This document shows, piece by piece, positions 41,429 through 51,011 of a stretch of 64,000 bases of DNA. The notes below the pieces were generated by a model that saw nothing but the letters and a program-made list of their open reading frames with translations, searched no databases and was not told the origin of the DNA. Source of the stretch: Candidatus Poribacteria bacterium. GTDB taxonomy: Bacteria > Poribacteria > WGA-4E > WGA-3G. Location of the stretch: NCBI GenBank assembly GCA_965205015.1, contig OZ242029.1, positions 4,768,001-4,832,000 on the forward strand, written 5' to 3'. The number at the start of each line of letters is the position of its first letter. The stretch's first letter is position 1. Position numbers and translations under genes: made by a program.

Positions 41429-41910
41429 TTATGAAATACTTATATCCTTTTTTTTGCTGCATCTGTCTCATGGGGTGTACGACGGATAGCATAGATAACA
41501 GCAATGGGAGCACAATATTTCCAACACCGCCAAGCGTCACAGAACCTCAGACGGCAGATGCTCTTCCAGAACAAACGCCACTCACAAATGTTGTTGAGAA
41601 CGCCGTTGAATGTCCGCCTGAATTTCAGGGCGAGTTTGTCAGTGGTACACTCAATGATGAAGGTTCTGAGCGTAAGAGAATAAATTTCAACGATAAATTC
41701 GTCGTCTATTATTACACTTTGAATTTGGTGCTAAAGGATTCTATCTCTATTAAGATTATCCTTGAAGAAGCTGCACTCGCCCGATCTAAGGAAGGTAAAC
41801 GGCAGATAATCGCTGGAGATTTCTTATTGGTGAAGTTAGACCATCTCTTAGAACCCGGAATATGGAAAGGGGTCTTGGTGAAAAACTTAACCCAAAATAT
41901 CTCCTTTTAA
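41425..41910 (+). CDS. Hypothetical lipoprotein
   Basis: LMGC lipobox; N-terminus resembles that of 40832 (GCT.DS.D..IFPTP). Confidence 0.65.
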   Translation: MIMKYLYPFFCCICLMGCTTDSIDNSNGSTIFPTPPSVTEPQTADALPEQTPLTNVVENAVECPPEFQGEFVSGTLNDEGSERKRINFNDKFVVYYYTLNLVLKDSISIKIILEEAALARSKEGKRQIIAGDFLLVKLDHLLEPGIWKGVLVKNLTQNISF

Positions 41911-41952
41911 GAATACTAAACTTTGGACAATTTTTAAAAATCCCTCGTGTGA

Positions 41953-42036
41953 CAAGAGGAGAACATCGACGCATGGCATGCGGCAGTCTCCGAATTCAGA
42001 GAGACGGTGCCGGAACTCGGTGAGAAGTTGGCAGCA
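41953..42036 (+). pseudogene. Internal remnant, possibly of the same R-M gene as 36175-36324
   Basis: QEENIDAWHAAVSEFRETVPELGEKLAA with no start codon; family recalled from memory. Confidence 0.4.
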
Positions 42037-42277
42037 CCCAATTTTGATCATTGTCCGCGCTGTGAGATGGGACACCTGTAAAAAACGCAGTCGGTCCAAG
42101 GGCACAACCTAACAGGTTATGCTACAAAAAAGCAGTATGCGAAAGTCCACCGGACAAATAAAATTTGACAGTCAAGGGGTGTCGTGCTATACTGTATAAT
42201 ACGGTCAGCTTCAGAACAGGATAGCGCAGAATTCATAGTCTGATGATACTTGTACGGGCAAATTATAAGGTACCCCC

Positions 42278-42511
42278 TTGAATAAAACAAAGATGACCTA
42301 TTTTGAGAAAGAGGATATACTGCATCTGGCGATTTCTGAGGAGCCAGAAAGTGATAGTTTGGAACTCAGTCCCAATATCACCGCCGAATTGAACAGTGAC
42401 GGTGAACTTATCGGGATTGAAATTCTGAATGCCAGCATCTTCATTCGGGATTCGATTTTAGAATCCGCTCACGCAAAAATGCTATCACTCACCAAAATCC
42501 AGTCCACCTAA
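42278..42511 (+). CDS. DUF2283 domain protein
   Basis: YFEKEDILHL...ELNSDGELIGIEILNAS. Confidence 0.8.
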   Translation: MNKTKMTYFEKEDILHLAISEEPESDSLELSPNITAELNSDGELIGIEILNASIFIRDSILESAHAKMLSLTKIQST

Positions 42512-42824
42512 TAGGATATGGCACGCTTGAACAGATATAACGTGAATTCGACTTAAGTCCCTCCGCTGGTGAGGTTGCCTCAATACCCCGTTTCACTCTC
42601 AAAAAATCCGCGTCATCCGCGATAATCCGCGATTCAGACAACTGGAAAATTGAATACCGCTGTGGTTCTATCGCAGGGTGATTTCGTTTTCGATTTCACG
42701 TTTAGTTTTAGTTCCCTTCTGTGAAGAAAAAATATATAAAACGTAAGCGTTACACCTGTTACGGCACACGGCGTGTGCCTACTACTTTTAAAACTAAATA
42801 GCCCTGGGTTCTATTGAGAAAAAT

Positions 42825-43185
42825 TTGACATCTCATACAGGTTTATACTATAATTTAATCATAATGTTCAACTAACGGAAATCAGCTAATTTGCTGCTAA
42901 AAAATTATGCGACAGGTGCTGCATTACAAGCAGGATATGAAGAACCAGGATATGAACACCACACCCACAACACGATACCCATTCAATAACAATCGCTATC
43001 TACGGCGATGCTTAATGTGCTTAGCGTTCATGCAGGCATTAAGATTTAACAAGCCGATTACCCCCCCCCACTTTACAAAAACTAAGTAATTTTCACAAAA
43101 CACTTACAATATCCGTTAATATTTCCTATTTGCGCCCGCGCGCCATCTCGTCTGATGGCACTCAATGCGGGCTATTTTTGTTGTC
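42825..43185 (+). promoter_or_regulatory. Poly-C leader element copy 4 (uORF 42937/42907-43089, C9 at 43061-43069)
   Basis: Close nucleotide paralogue of 39324-39700; uORF MKNQDMNTT...FNKPITPPHFTKTK*. Confidence 0.8.
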
Positions 43186-43209
43186 ATATTTTCCGCATAA
43201 TTATAGGTC

Positions 43210-43430
43210 TATAGCTGTATTGATTATTTCCGCAGGCAGAACGTCTCCGATGCCCTCGAACCCCTGCCCCTCATTGACGAAGGACGTATCGCCGCCACAG
43301 AAGCGTGTCCATCGCCCGGACTTGCGCGCGACGCCCTTCGCCAGCAACTTCAAAGTGCGATTGCCAAACTCACCCCGATACGCCGCCGTGTGTTCTGCCT
43401 TTACTACCCCGAAGCGCAGCCGATCAAAGC
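43210..43430 (+). pseudogene. ECF sigma factor internal fragment
   Basis: YSCIDYFRRQ (end of region 2) ... LQSAIAKLTPIRRRVFCLYY.E..PIKA (start of region 4); both ends missing. Confidence 0.6.
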
Positions 43431-43458
43431 GGAGAAAAAAAGGATTCTGGAGGTTTTC

Positions 43459-45060
43459 TTGTTTATCACACGTAGGCAATTTATAGAACGGGTCTCTGCC
43501 GCAGGACTCGCCCTCAGCACCAGTTTCGCACTCACAGGATGTGGTTCTTTGGACATCCTATCCCCGCCTTCAATGCCCATAGAGATCGAAGATGACACCC
43601 CGGCACTGATTATCGGTTCTGGGTTTGGCGGTGCGGTTACGGCTTTGCGACTCGGCGAGGCTGGCATCCGAACGATGGTCTTGGAGCAAGGCAGGCGTTG
43701 GGATTCCGCAGCGGCTCCGTTTTCTCGTTTATTACCGCCCGATGGGCGTTCAACGTGGTTACGAAACAGAACCGTTCTGCCGTTCGGTCCATCAATGCCG
43801 ATCCAGAAATATACGGGTGTCTTAGACCGTGTGGATTATCCGAACATAAAGGTGTACCGAGGCACAGCGGTCGGTGGTGGCTCCATCGTATACGGCGGCA
43901 TCAGCACACAACCGCCCGAAGACCTATTTTATGAGGTTTTTCCGAGTGGCATCTCCTATGCGGAACTGCTTCCCTATTACGAACGCGTCCGCACGATGCT
44001 CCGTATCACGACTGTGCCTGCAGACATTGAAGAACAGCCATACTACGACTACACGCGTGTCTTTGTCGATCACGCAGCGACTGCCGGATTAGAGACAGTC
44101 TCTATAGGACAGGCACACGATTGGGACACCATCCGTTCCGAGATCGCAGGGACGCTGCCGCCTTCTGCTATTATCGGAGAAGCGGTGTATGGCAACAATA
44201 GCGGCTGTAAAAACAGTCTCGATCAAAACTATCTGCCGATGGCAGAATCCACAGGTTATGTCACCATCCATCCGTTGCACCGCGTCATTGAGATCACTCA
44301 GGAAAAACGTGGTAAATACGCCGTGACAACTGAACAGATAGATGAACGGGGTGAGGTGATACAGACGAAAAAAATCACTACGGACTTTCTATTCCTCGCA
44401 GCAGGTTCTATTGGGACGACGGAGTTATTGGTAAAGGCGCGTGAATTGGGGAGCTTGCCACATCTCGACGCGGCAGTTGGGCACGGATGGGGAACGAATG
44501 GCAATGTTTTGTTTACACGCACTGTGGACGCGTTAACTGGAAAGATGCAAGGCGGTCCCGCCATCAAAGCGATTTTAGATTATGAGAATCGGGAAACCCC
44601 TGCGATTATCAAAGCAGCATACTTTCCTATCGGACTCGAATGCAACTGTCTCCTGTATTTGATGCTTGCTTTAGAGACCGAGCGCGGACATTTTTCATAC
44701 AACGCATCGACCGACACTGTGGAATTGATGTGGCCAGCAGGAGGCAACGATCAAGCGGTGCGGGCGGTGGTAGACTTCGCCGAGCGTCTGAACGCTGCCA
44801 ATGGGGGACATCTCAGTTCACCTGCGGGGTTACCTTTTAGTCCGCCTGACATTCTCAAAGAGTTTACATATCACCCCTTAGGCGGAATGGTCCTGGGTGA
44901 GGCGTGTGATGTGTATGGGCGCGTCCATGGTTACACAAGGTTGTATGTCATGGATGGTTCATTGTTGCCGGGGTCTTGTGCAACTGCGAATCCGTCCCTA
45001 ACGATTGCGGCTTTAGCAGAACGGAATATTGAAAATATTCTTGCAGCGGATTTCGATTGA
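43459..45060 (+). CDS. Tat-exported lipoprotein cholesterol oxidase (GMC family)
   Basis: TTG after GGAGG; TRRQF and LTGC; IIGSGFGG, VGGGSIVYGG, KNSLDQNYL, YHPLGG, NPSLTIAALAER. Confidence 0.85.
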   Translation: MFITRRQFIERVSAAGLALSTSFALTGCGSLDILSPPSMPIEIEDDTPALIIGSGFGGAVTALRLGEAGIRTMVLEQGRRWDSAAAPFSRLLPPDGRSTWLRNRTVLPFGPSMPIQKYTGVLDRVDYPNIKVYRGTAVGGGSIVYGGISTQPPEDLFYEVFPSGISYAELLPYYERVRTMLRITTVPADIEEQPYYDYTRVFVDHAATAGLETVSIGQAHDWDTIRSEIAGTLPPSAIIGEAVYGNNSGCKNSLDQNYLPMAESTGYVTIHPLHRVIEITQEKRGKYAVTTEQIDERGEVIQTKKITTDFLFLAAGSIGTTELLVKARELGSLPHLDAAVGHGWGTNGNVLFTRTVDALTGKMQGGPAIKAILDYENRETPAIIKAAYFPIGLECNCLLYLMLALETERGHFSYNASTDTVELMWPAGGNDQAVRAVVDFAERLNAANGGHLSSPAGLPFSPPDILKEFTYHPLGGMVLGEACDVYGRVHGYTRLYVMDGSLLPGSCATANPSLTIAALAERNIENILAADFD

Positions 45061-45487
45061 ATCGAATCTGTTGTCCCTGGCGATGGCGTTGTGAATATTC
45101 TTGACCTGGTATTCATCGCTGAGAGGTTCTGATCGCCTAAAAATTTTCCTTGTAAATTCATGATCAATCGTGTATACTATGATAAGGCTGCGAACCAAAG
45201 ATATGAGAGCCTTATACACAGTATAAGGCTCCCAGTCAAGAGCTCCCCACTTTCCTCTCGTTCACCTACCGGCTGCGTTCCACAATCATCAATTTATAAG
45301 GAGTTCTATCCTAATGGCAGATATTGCCCAAGTCTGTGTCCATGTGGATTCAGAGTAATCTGCACAATCCGTGATAATCCGCGATTCGGACAAAAATTAA
45401 ATATTCCCCTTGACTTCCTGCTTTATATATGCTATACTAAAATATGTTATGTTTAGATGAAGAAGAAACCAATAATCGTAGCGACTC

Positions 45488-45624
45488 AAAATGTTACACT
45501 TTATGCTAATTTATTCTTTTTTTCAAAACGAATGCAAACGAAAAAACGTCCATGAACCCTTACAGGTACTGGATTTCACACCGATATCCGATGTCCACCA
45601 AATGTTACACAAGTGTAACATTTT
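45488..45624. repeat. 137-bp element bounded by 14-bp inverted repeats AAAATGTTACACTT
   Basis: 45488-45501 is the reverse complement of 45611-45624; extra half-site at 45600-45610. Confidence 0.55.
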
Positions 45625-45913
45625 AAGAAGAATTCTCAGGTAACTCCCGTTCAAAACCCATCAGGACACAGAGAACCCAAAATTCGTGTAAGCTGCGATT
45701 TAGATAATGTGAAACTGAACGCTTCTGAATAAGGTCTCTTTTTGTTGACTTTCTCAATCACCTGCTGTATACTCTAATCACAATACGTTGCGTAACAGAT
45801 ACGATTAAGAGAGGCTCACCCATTTTTGTAAAATCATTCGTGAAGTAAACCCCCTCAAAATCAGTCCAGCGCTGCAGAGATTCAAAGCAACGCGCAGTTA
45901 TAGGAATGATAAC

Positions 45914-46159
45914 ATGCATGTTAATATACATCAGCCCGAAGAAAACCACTTGGCGCAGTTAGTCGAGCGTGCCGTCGCAGGAGAAGAAATTATTTTCGAG
46001 CATAACGGCGAACCGGTTGCTAAACTGGTATCCTTAAAGTCAGAAAACCCCAGGAAACCACGCCAAGGCGGACAGTGGAAAGGTAAAGTCAAGATAGCAC
46101 CTGATTTCGATGAACTTCCTGACGCGTTTATGGCAGCCTTCCGCGCGGAAAAAGATTGA
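45914..46159 (+). CDS. Phd/YefM-family antitoxin
   Basis: VNIH...HL..LVERA.AGEEII....G.PVAKLV; overlaps the PIN gene. Confidence 0.85.
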   Translation: MHVNIHQPEENHLAQLVERAVAGEEIIFEHNGEPVAKLVSLKSENPRKPRQGGQWKGKVKIAPDFDELPDAFMAAFRAEKD

Positions 46160-46536
46160 TGAATCTACTATTGGATACACATGTGGTGCTATGGTGGCTT
46201 GACAACCCAAATCTGTTATCCCAACAAGCTGTGGCAGCCATAGAACGACTCGAGAATAATATCATTGTCAGCGTCGTATCCGCATGGGAAATCGCTATTA
46301 AAAAGGCACTTGGGAAACTCGAAGCCCCCGAAAATCTCAAGGAAATGATAGCAGACGCCGGGTTTCAATGGCTGCCCATTACCTATGAACACGTTTGGAA
46401 AATCAAAGATCTCCCATTTCATCATGAGGATCCATTTGACAGACTGTTAATCGCCCAAGCAAACATCGAAAATCTAACACTTGTCACCCGTGATTCACAT
46501 GTAAAGGCATACACTATTCCTATTCTTGATGCTTAA
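46156..46536 (+). CDS. vapC: VapC PIN-domain toxin
   Basis: LLDTH, SAWEIAIK, HEDPFDRLLIAQA, LVTRD. Confidence 0.9.
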   Translation: MMNLLLDTHVVLWWLDNPNLLSQQAVAAIERLENNIIVSVVSAWEIAIKKALGKLEAPENLKEMIADAGFQWLPITYEHVWKIKDLPFHHEDPFDRLLIAQANIENLTLVTRDSHVKAYTIPILDA

Positions 46537-46547
46537 GGAGAAAAACT

Positions 46548-47375
46548 GTGAATACCCTAAGCGACTTTGAAATCAAACAAAGAAAATATATGCCTGTCTT
46601 CCCAAAAGCGAGCGGGAAACCGACTCCCTATATTGAAGGCTATCCCTACGAGGACGATGAACCTATGGCAGCGACCGGATTTCATGCTGAACAGATTGTT
46701 ACCCTTGCCGACCAATTTTTTCGGTATTTTGAAATCAATGAACATATCTTCGTTGGGATCGACACGTTCATCTACTACCGAGAAGGCGACCGACGGAAAG
46801 TGGTTGCCCCCGATATTTACATTGTCTTGGGAGCCAGTAAGTTTCCGCAGCGGCGGAGTTTTTATACGTGGTCAGAGGGTGCTGCCCCGTCTGTGGTTTT
46901 TGAGTTTCTTTCGGATGCCACTGCGCGTCAGGACCGTCAGGAAAAAGTCCCGTTATATTTGGTGGATATCGGTGTTCAGGAATACTTTATCCATCAACCC
47001 GATATGGAGAGAACTGCGGAGTTTCGTGGCTGGCGGCGGGGTCCTTCGGGGGACATCGTTGAGATCGCGCCTGATGCAGAAGGCGGTTTGTTCAGCGAGA
47101 CGTTGAATCTCTATTTTCGTTGGAAAGAGGACACGGTTACTGAAGTGAGGCTTTTACGTCCATATCTACCAGATGGTACCCCGATAACGACTTCTCGGGA
47201 AGATAAGGCATTGAAAGAAGAAGCACAGGAACAACGACAAGCCGCTGAAGAACAACGACAAGCCGCTGAAGAACAACGACAAATCGCTGAGAGACGCGCC
47301 AGAGAAGAGCAAGAACGCCGACAAGCAGCGGAAGCCGAGTTAGCGCGTCTGCGTGCCCAACTCGCTAATCGCTAA
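46548..47375 (+). CDS. Uma2 (DUF820) family endonuclease-fold protein
   Basis: VAPDIYIV, PSVVFEFLS, GVQEYF; C-terminal EEQRQAA coiled-coil repeats. Confidence 0.85.
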   Translation: MNTLSDFEIKQRKYMPVFPKASGKPTPYIEGYPYEDDEPMAATGFHAEQIVTLADQFFRYFEINEHIFVGIDTFIYYREGDRRKVVAPDIYIVLGASKFPQRRSFYTWSEGAAPSVVFEFLSDATARQDRQEKVPLYLVDIGVQEYFIHQPDMERTAEFRGWRRGPSGDIVEIAPDAEGGLFSETLNLYFRWKEDTVTEVRLLRPYLPDGTPITTSREDKALKEEAQEQRQAAEEQRQAAEEQRQIAERRAREEQERRQAAEAELARLRAQLANR

Positions 47376-47435
47376 TCCATACAATCTGGGTCAGTTGCAG
47401 AGCGATTGACAGCCAAACGAAAGGAACCTCCACAC

Positions 47436-48170
47436 ATGACTGGCGAAGAAAAATTTGCAGTGGATCTTGAGGGTTACCTCGTGATAAAGAATGTGCTCAC
47501 CGACGATGAAGTCGCTGAGATGAACGCCATTATCGACAAAGGCGACCTCCAAGGACCGCCGAGTCTCTGGGGTGCACCGTTCAGAAAACTCATCGATCAC
47601 CCGAAAATCCTACCGTACCTCATCGAAATGCTGGGTCCACATGTCCGACTCGACCACGACTACGCCCTCTTCATGGAAAAAGGGCAAGGACGGGGTGGAT
47701 TACACGGCGGTGAGGACGGCGGACGCGCCGGTGGCAGCGTCGGCGATCACTGGTATAAATACCGAGATGGACACATGCGCAACGGGTTATCCGTGATGAC
47801 ATATAACCTTGCGGATGCACCAGCAGGCGCGGGCGGGTTCGCCTGTATCCCAGCGAGCCATAAGTGTAATTTCCCGACAGAACTCCCAACGGACGTGCGA
47901 CGTTTCGAGCGTTCGGCACACTATGTCGTCCAACCGCCACTTGAAGCCGGGGACGTACTGTTTTTCACTGAGGCACTCATCCACGGGACGATGCCGTGGA
48001 CAGTGGGACATCAACGCCGCTCGCTGCTCTATAAATACAGTCCCGGACACTCGGCATGGTCGGAGCACTATTACGACATCAGCAAATACGAAGGGTTGAC
48101 GGAGCAACAAAAACGGATGCTCCTGCCGCCATCAGTCGGCAGACGCCCCCGCGTTATTGAAGAGAATTGA
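47436..48170 (+). CDS. Phytanoyl-CoA dioxygenase (PhyH) family protein
   Basis: GYLVIKNVL, LHGG, GGFACIPASHK, AGDVLFFTEALIHGT, RRSLLYKY. Confidence 0.85.
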   Translation: MTGEEKFAVDLEGYLVIKNVLTDDEVAEMNAIIDKGDLQGPPSLWGAPFRKLIDHPKILPYLIEMLGPHVRLDHDYALFMEKGQGRGGLHGGEDGGRAGGSVGDHWYKYRDGHMRNGLSVMTYNLADAPAGAGGFACIPASHKCNFPTELPTDVRRFERSAHYVVQPPLEAGDVLFFTEALIHGTMPWTVGHQRRSLLYKYSPGHSAWSEHYYDISKYEGLTEQQKRMLLPPSVGRRPRVIEEN

Positions 48171-48308
48171 AGAAATTCGGTGCGGTTGAATAAAACCGCC
48201 GCTACCAATCTTTGCTGAAAAAGAAGTTGGGTTTCACTGTGTTCAACCCAACCTACAAACTGACAGCCGACTGTCGATTACTGATTGCTAACGAAGGAGT
48301 TTCTACAA

Positions 48309-49064
48309 ATGACCAGCGAAGAAAAATTTCAGGTAGACCTTCAAGGTTACCTCGTCATAAAGGACGTCTTGACTGAGGATGAAGTCGCTGAGATGAATGC
48401 GAGTATCGATAGAGCATCCAGCGAGAACTTGAGAGGACACGACGATAGAGTGTCAAGTCTTTGGGGTGAACCCTTTAAGAGCCTGATTGACCATCCGAAA
48501 ATTCTCCCGTATCTCCTCGAGTTATTAGGTCCGCACGTCCGTTTAGACCACGATTATGCCATCTTTATGGATGAAGGGCAAGAAGGCGGTAGATTGCACG
48601 GGGGTGAAGATGGTGGGGGTCCCGGGGGTCCTGAGGCGGATCACTGGTACAAATACCGCGATGGTGTTATGCGCAATGGGTTGTCTGTGATGACATACAA
48701 CCTGGCGGATGCACCAGAAGGCGCAGGGGGATTCGCCTGTATCCCCGGCAGCCACAAGAGCAATTTTTTGCGGGAATTGCCGTCAGATGTGCGGCATTTC
48801 GAGCGTCCCGCACACTACGTTGTGCAACCGCCTGTCGAAGCAGGAGATGTGTTGTTCTTCACGGAAGCCCTTGTTCATGGGACGATGACGTGGCGGGCAA
48901 AACATCAACGCCGCTCGCTGCTCTATAAATACAGTCCTGGACACTCGGCATGGTCGGGGGAATATCACGATCTCAGCAAATATGGCGAACTCACCGAACA
49001 ACAGAAACGGATGCTCCTACCACCATCCGTCGGCAGGCGTCCGTACGTCATAGAGGAAGGTTAA
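48309..49064 (+). CDS. PhyH family protein, tandem paralogue
   Basis: Highly similar to 47436-48170 over its full length. Confidence 0.85.
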   Translation: MTSEEKFQVDLQGYLVIKDVLTEDEVAEMNASIDRASSENLRGHDDRVSSLWGEPFKSLIDHPKILPYLLELLGPHVRLDHDYAIFMDEGQEGGRLHGGEDGGGPGGPEADHWYKYRDGVMRNGLSVMTYNLADAPEGAGGFACIPGSHKSNFLRELPSDVRHFERPAHYVVQPPVEAGDVLFFTEALVHGTMTWRAKHQRRSLLYKYSPGHSAWSGEYHDLSKYGELTEQQKRMLLPPSVGRRPYVIEEG

Positions 49065-49069
49065 AATTA

Positions 49070-50257
49070 ATGCCAAACGTCCAACTCACTGGAAACCAGA
49101 GCGATTTCCTGAAAATCGTTGTCGCCGCGACAGGACGCGGGGATATCGAAACCGTCCGACAACTGCTCGATGACAACCCCGCCTGGATTCACACCGTCGG
49201 TTCGCACGGTCGGACGATGCTGTGGGAAGCGGCATACCGGGGTAAACTGGAGATGGTTCAATTCCTCCTTGAACGCGGTGCCGATATAAACGTGCCGGGG
49301 TGCTACCATATACAGCACAGGATTGAGATATCGCCCTACTGTGTGGCACGGTACGAGGGACGCGACCTTGTGGCAGATTCCCTACTTCAACACGGCGCGA
49401 CCCTCGACATCCATACCGCCGCCTATCTGAAAGATTACGATGCCGTCCGTTCGCACCTTGATAACGATCCAAACCTCGTCAATAGCGGATACCTTCAGGC
49501 GGTGATGCTACCGGCAGGACAACCCCATACCTTTGAACATCGCCACGCAGCGTGGGCAACCCCGCTCTGTTACGCCATCGTGGGCGGAAATCCCGCGATC
49601 GTCGAACTGCTTATCTCGCGAGGGGCGACAATCGAACCGCACAGCGAACGTTTCCTCGATTATGCTATCGCTTATGATCGGGTGGAGATCGCCGAGTTGC
49701 TGCTTGAAAACGGTGCGGATCCGGGCAAAGCCCCACGCATCTTGGACGACAACTCCGAAATGAGCGTGCTCCTCAAGGCTTACGGTGTCCCGCCTAAGGA
49801 CATAAACGCGCAGAGCCACATGGGGTGGCCCCCACTCGTCTATGTCTGCCGCGGCGATAACGGTGAACACCCAGAGGAAGTTCAGCGACTCTTAGCACTC
49901 GGTGCCGATATCGATATTCAGAATTATAAAGGGAAAACGGGGTTACATTGTGCAGCGAAGGCGGGGTTTCTCAAAGTTATCAATCTGCTCATCGAAAACG
50001 GTGCGACCGTTGATGCCGCCGACGACACTGGCGAAACCCCACTGTTTGAGGCGATCCGATCGACAATCAAGAGCGGCGAGAAACAGCGAGCGGCGTTGGA
50101 AGCGTTGCTCATCAAAGGGGCAAATCCAAACATCAAGAATCGGAAAGGGCAGACACCGCTGCAAGTCGCGAAGCGGATGCGAAGGGCAGAGGCAGGAAAA
50201 ACCGTCGAATTGCTGCAGAAATATAGCACTGTTTATGGTAAAACCTCGCCTCTTTGA
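49070..50257 (+). CDS. Ankyrin repeat protein
   Basis: Multiple G.TPL..A / LL..GAD.N repeats. Confidence 0.9.
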   Translation: MPNVQLTGNQSDFLKIVVAATGRGDIETVRQLLDDNPAWIHTVGSHGRTMLWEAAYRGKLEMVQFLLERGADINVPGCYHIQHRIEISPYCVARYEGRDLVADSLLQHGATLDIHTAAYLKDYDAVRSHLDNDPNLVNSGYLQAVMLPAGQPHTFEHRHAAWATPLCYAIVGGNPAIVELLISRGATIEPHSERFLDYAIAYDRVEIAELLLENGADPGKAPRILDDNSEMSVLLKAYGVPPKDINAQSHMGWPPLVYVCRGDNGEHPEEVQRLLALGADIDIQNYKGKTGLHCAAKAGFLKVINLLIENGATVDAADDTGETPLFEAIRSTIKSGEKQRAALEALLIKGANPNIKNRKGQTPLQVAKRMRRAEAGKTVELLQKYSTVYGKTSPL

Positions 50258-50279
50258 TTAAAACTTAAAATTCCTAAAA

Positions 50280-51011
50280 ATGAAAACACCTCACACACGC
50301 GAAAAACTCACGCAAGACTTCACCAATCTTGGTATTGCCCAAGCGGATACACTCTTTATCCATTCATCTTTCAAAAGTCTGGGACCCGTTGAAGATGGTG
50401 CTGGCACGGTGATCTCCGCGTTAGAGGCAGCAGTCGGGGCGGAAGGCTTGATTCTGATGCCGACTTTTAGTCTGTTACCGAGTCGGGAAGCGCGCGTCGC
50501 GGCGTGGGATGTCAACAAGACACCCTCTACAGTGGGCTGGTTGACAGAGTTTTTTCGGCAGATGCCCGACACCTATCGTTCCGACCACTATTCGCACGCC
50601 ATTGCTGCTCGCGGGAGAGACGCCAAGGCGTTCGTGTCCGATCACCGGCGACGTGAAGGCTATCAATCTCCGTGGGATCATTACCCGTGGGGCAAGACTT
50701 ACGGCACGCATTCACCGATGTTCCGTGCCTACACGATGAACGCCAAACTCCTCATGCTCGGTGTCGATTACCAGACCTCGACCTATATCCACCTCGTTGA
50801 GGTTATCCATTGGAACAAACGTCTCGCCGACGATCCACAGGCGGAATATATCCGTCTGAAACGTCCAGAACTCGGTGAATACTGGGAGCGTCTCGGTCAG
50901 TTGAAACAAGGGAAGGTGGGAGATTCCGTATGCCGGTTGTTCCACATCGAAACGTATGTGGACTCCCTTTTGGCAGAGGTAGCGCGCAATCCTGAACCGT
51001 ATGTCGTATGA
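50280..51011 (+). CDS. AAC(3)/YokD family N-acetyltransferase
   Basis: LFIHSSFKSLG, LMPTFS, G.LTEFFR, RSDH, TYIHLVE. Confidence 0.85.
   Translation: MKTPHTREKLTQDFTNLGIAQADTLFIHSSFKSLGPVEDGAGTVISALEAAVGAEGLILMPTFSLLPSREARVAAWDVNKTPSTVGWLTEFFRQMPDTYRSDHYSHAIAARGRDAKAFVSDHRRREGYQSPWDHYPWGKTYGTHSPMFRAYTMNAKLLMLGVDYQTSTYIHLVEVIHWNKRLADDPQAEYIRLKRPELGEYWERLGQLKQGKVGDSVCRLFHIETYVDSLLAEVARNPEPYVV

Noticed and set aside
47220-47290. 21-bp tandem repeats in the Uma2 gene
   Set aside because: Ordinary variable coiled-coil tail for this family
50280-51011. Aminoglycoside resistance gene
   Set aside because: The AAC(3)/YokD family is widespread with other substrates, and there is no mobile context
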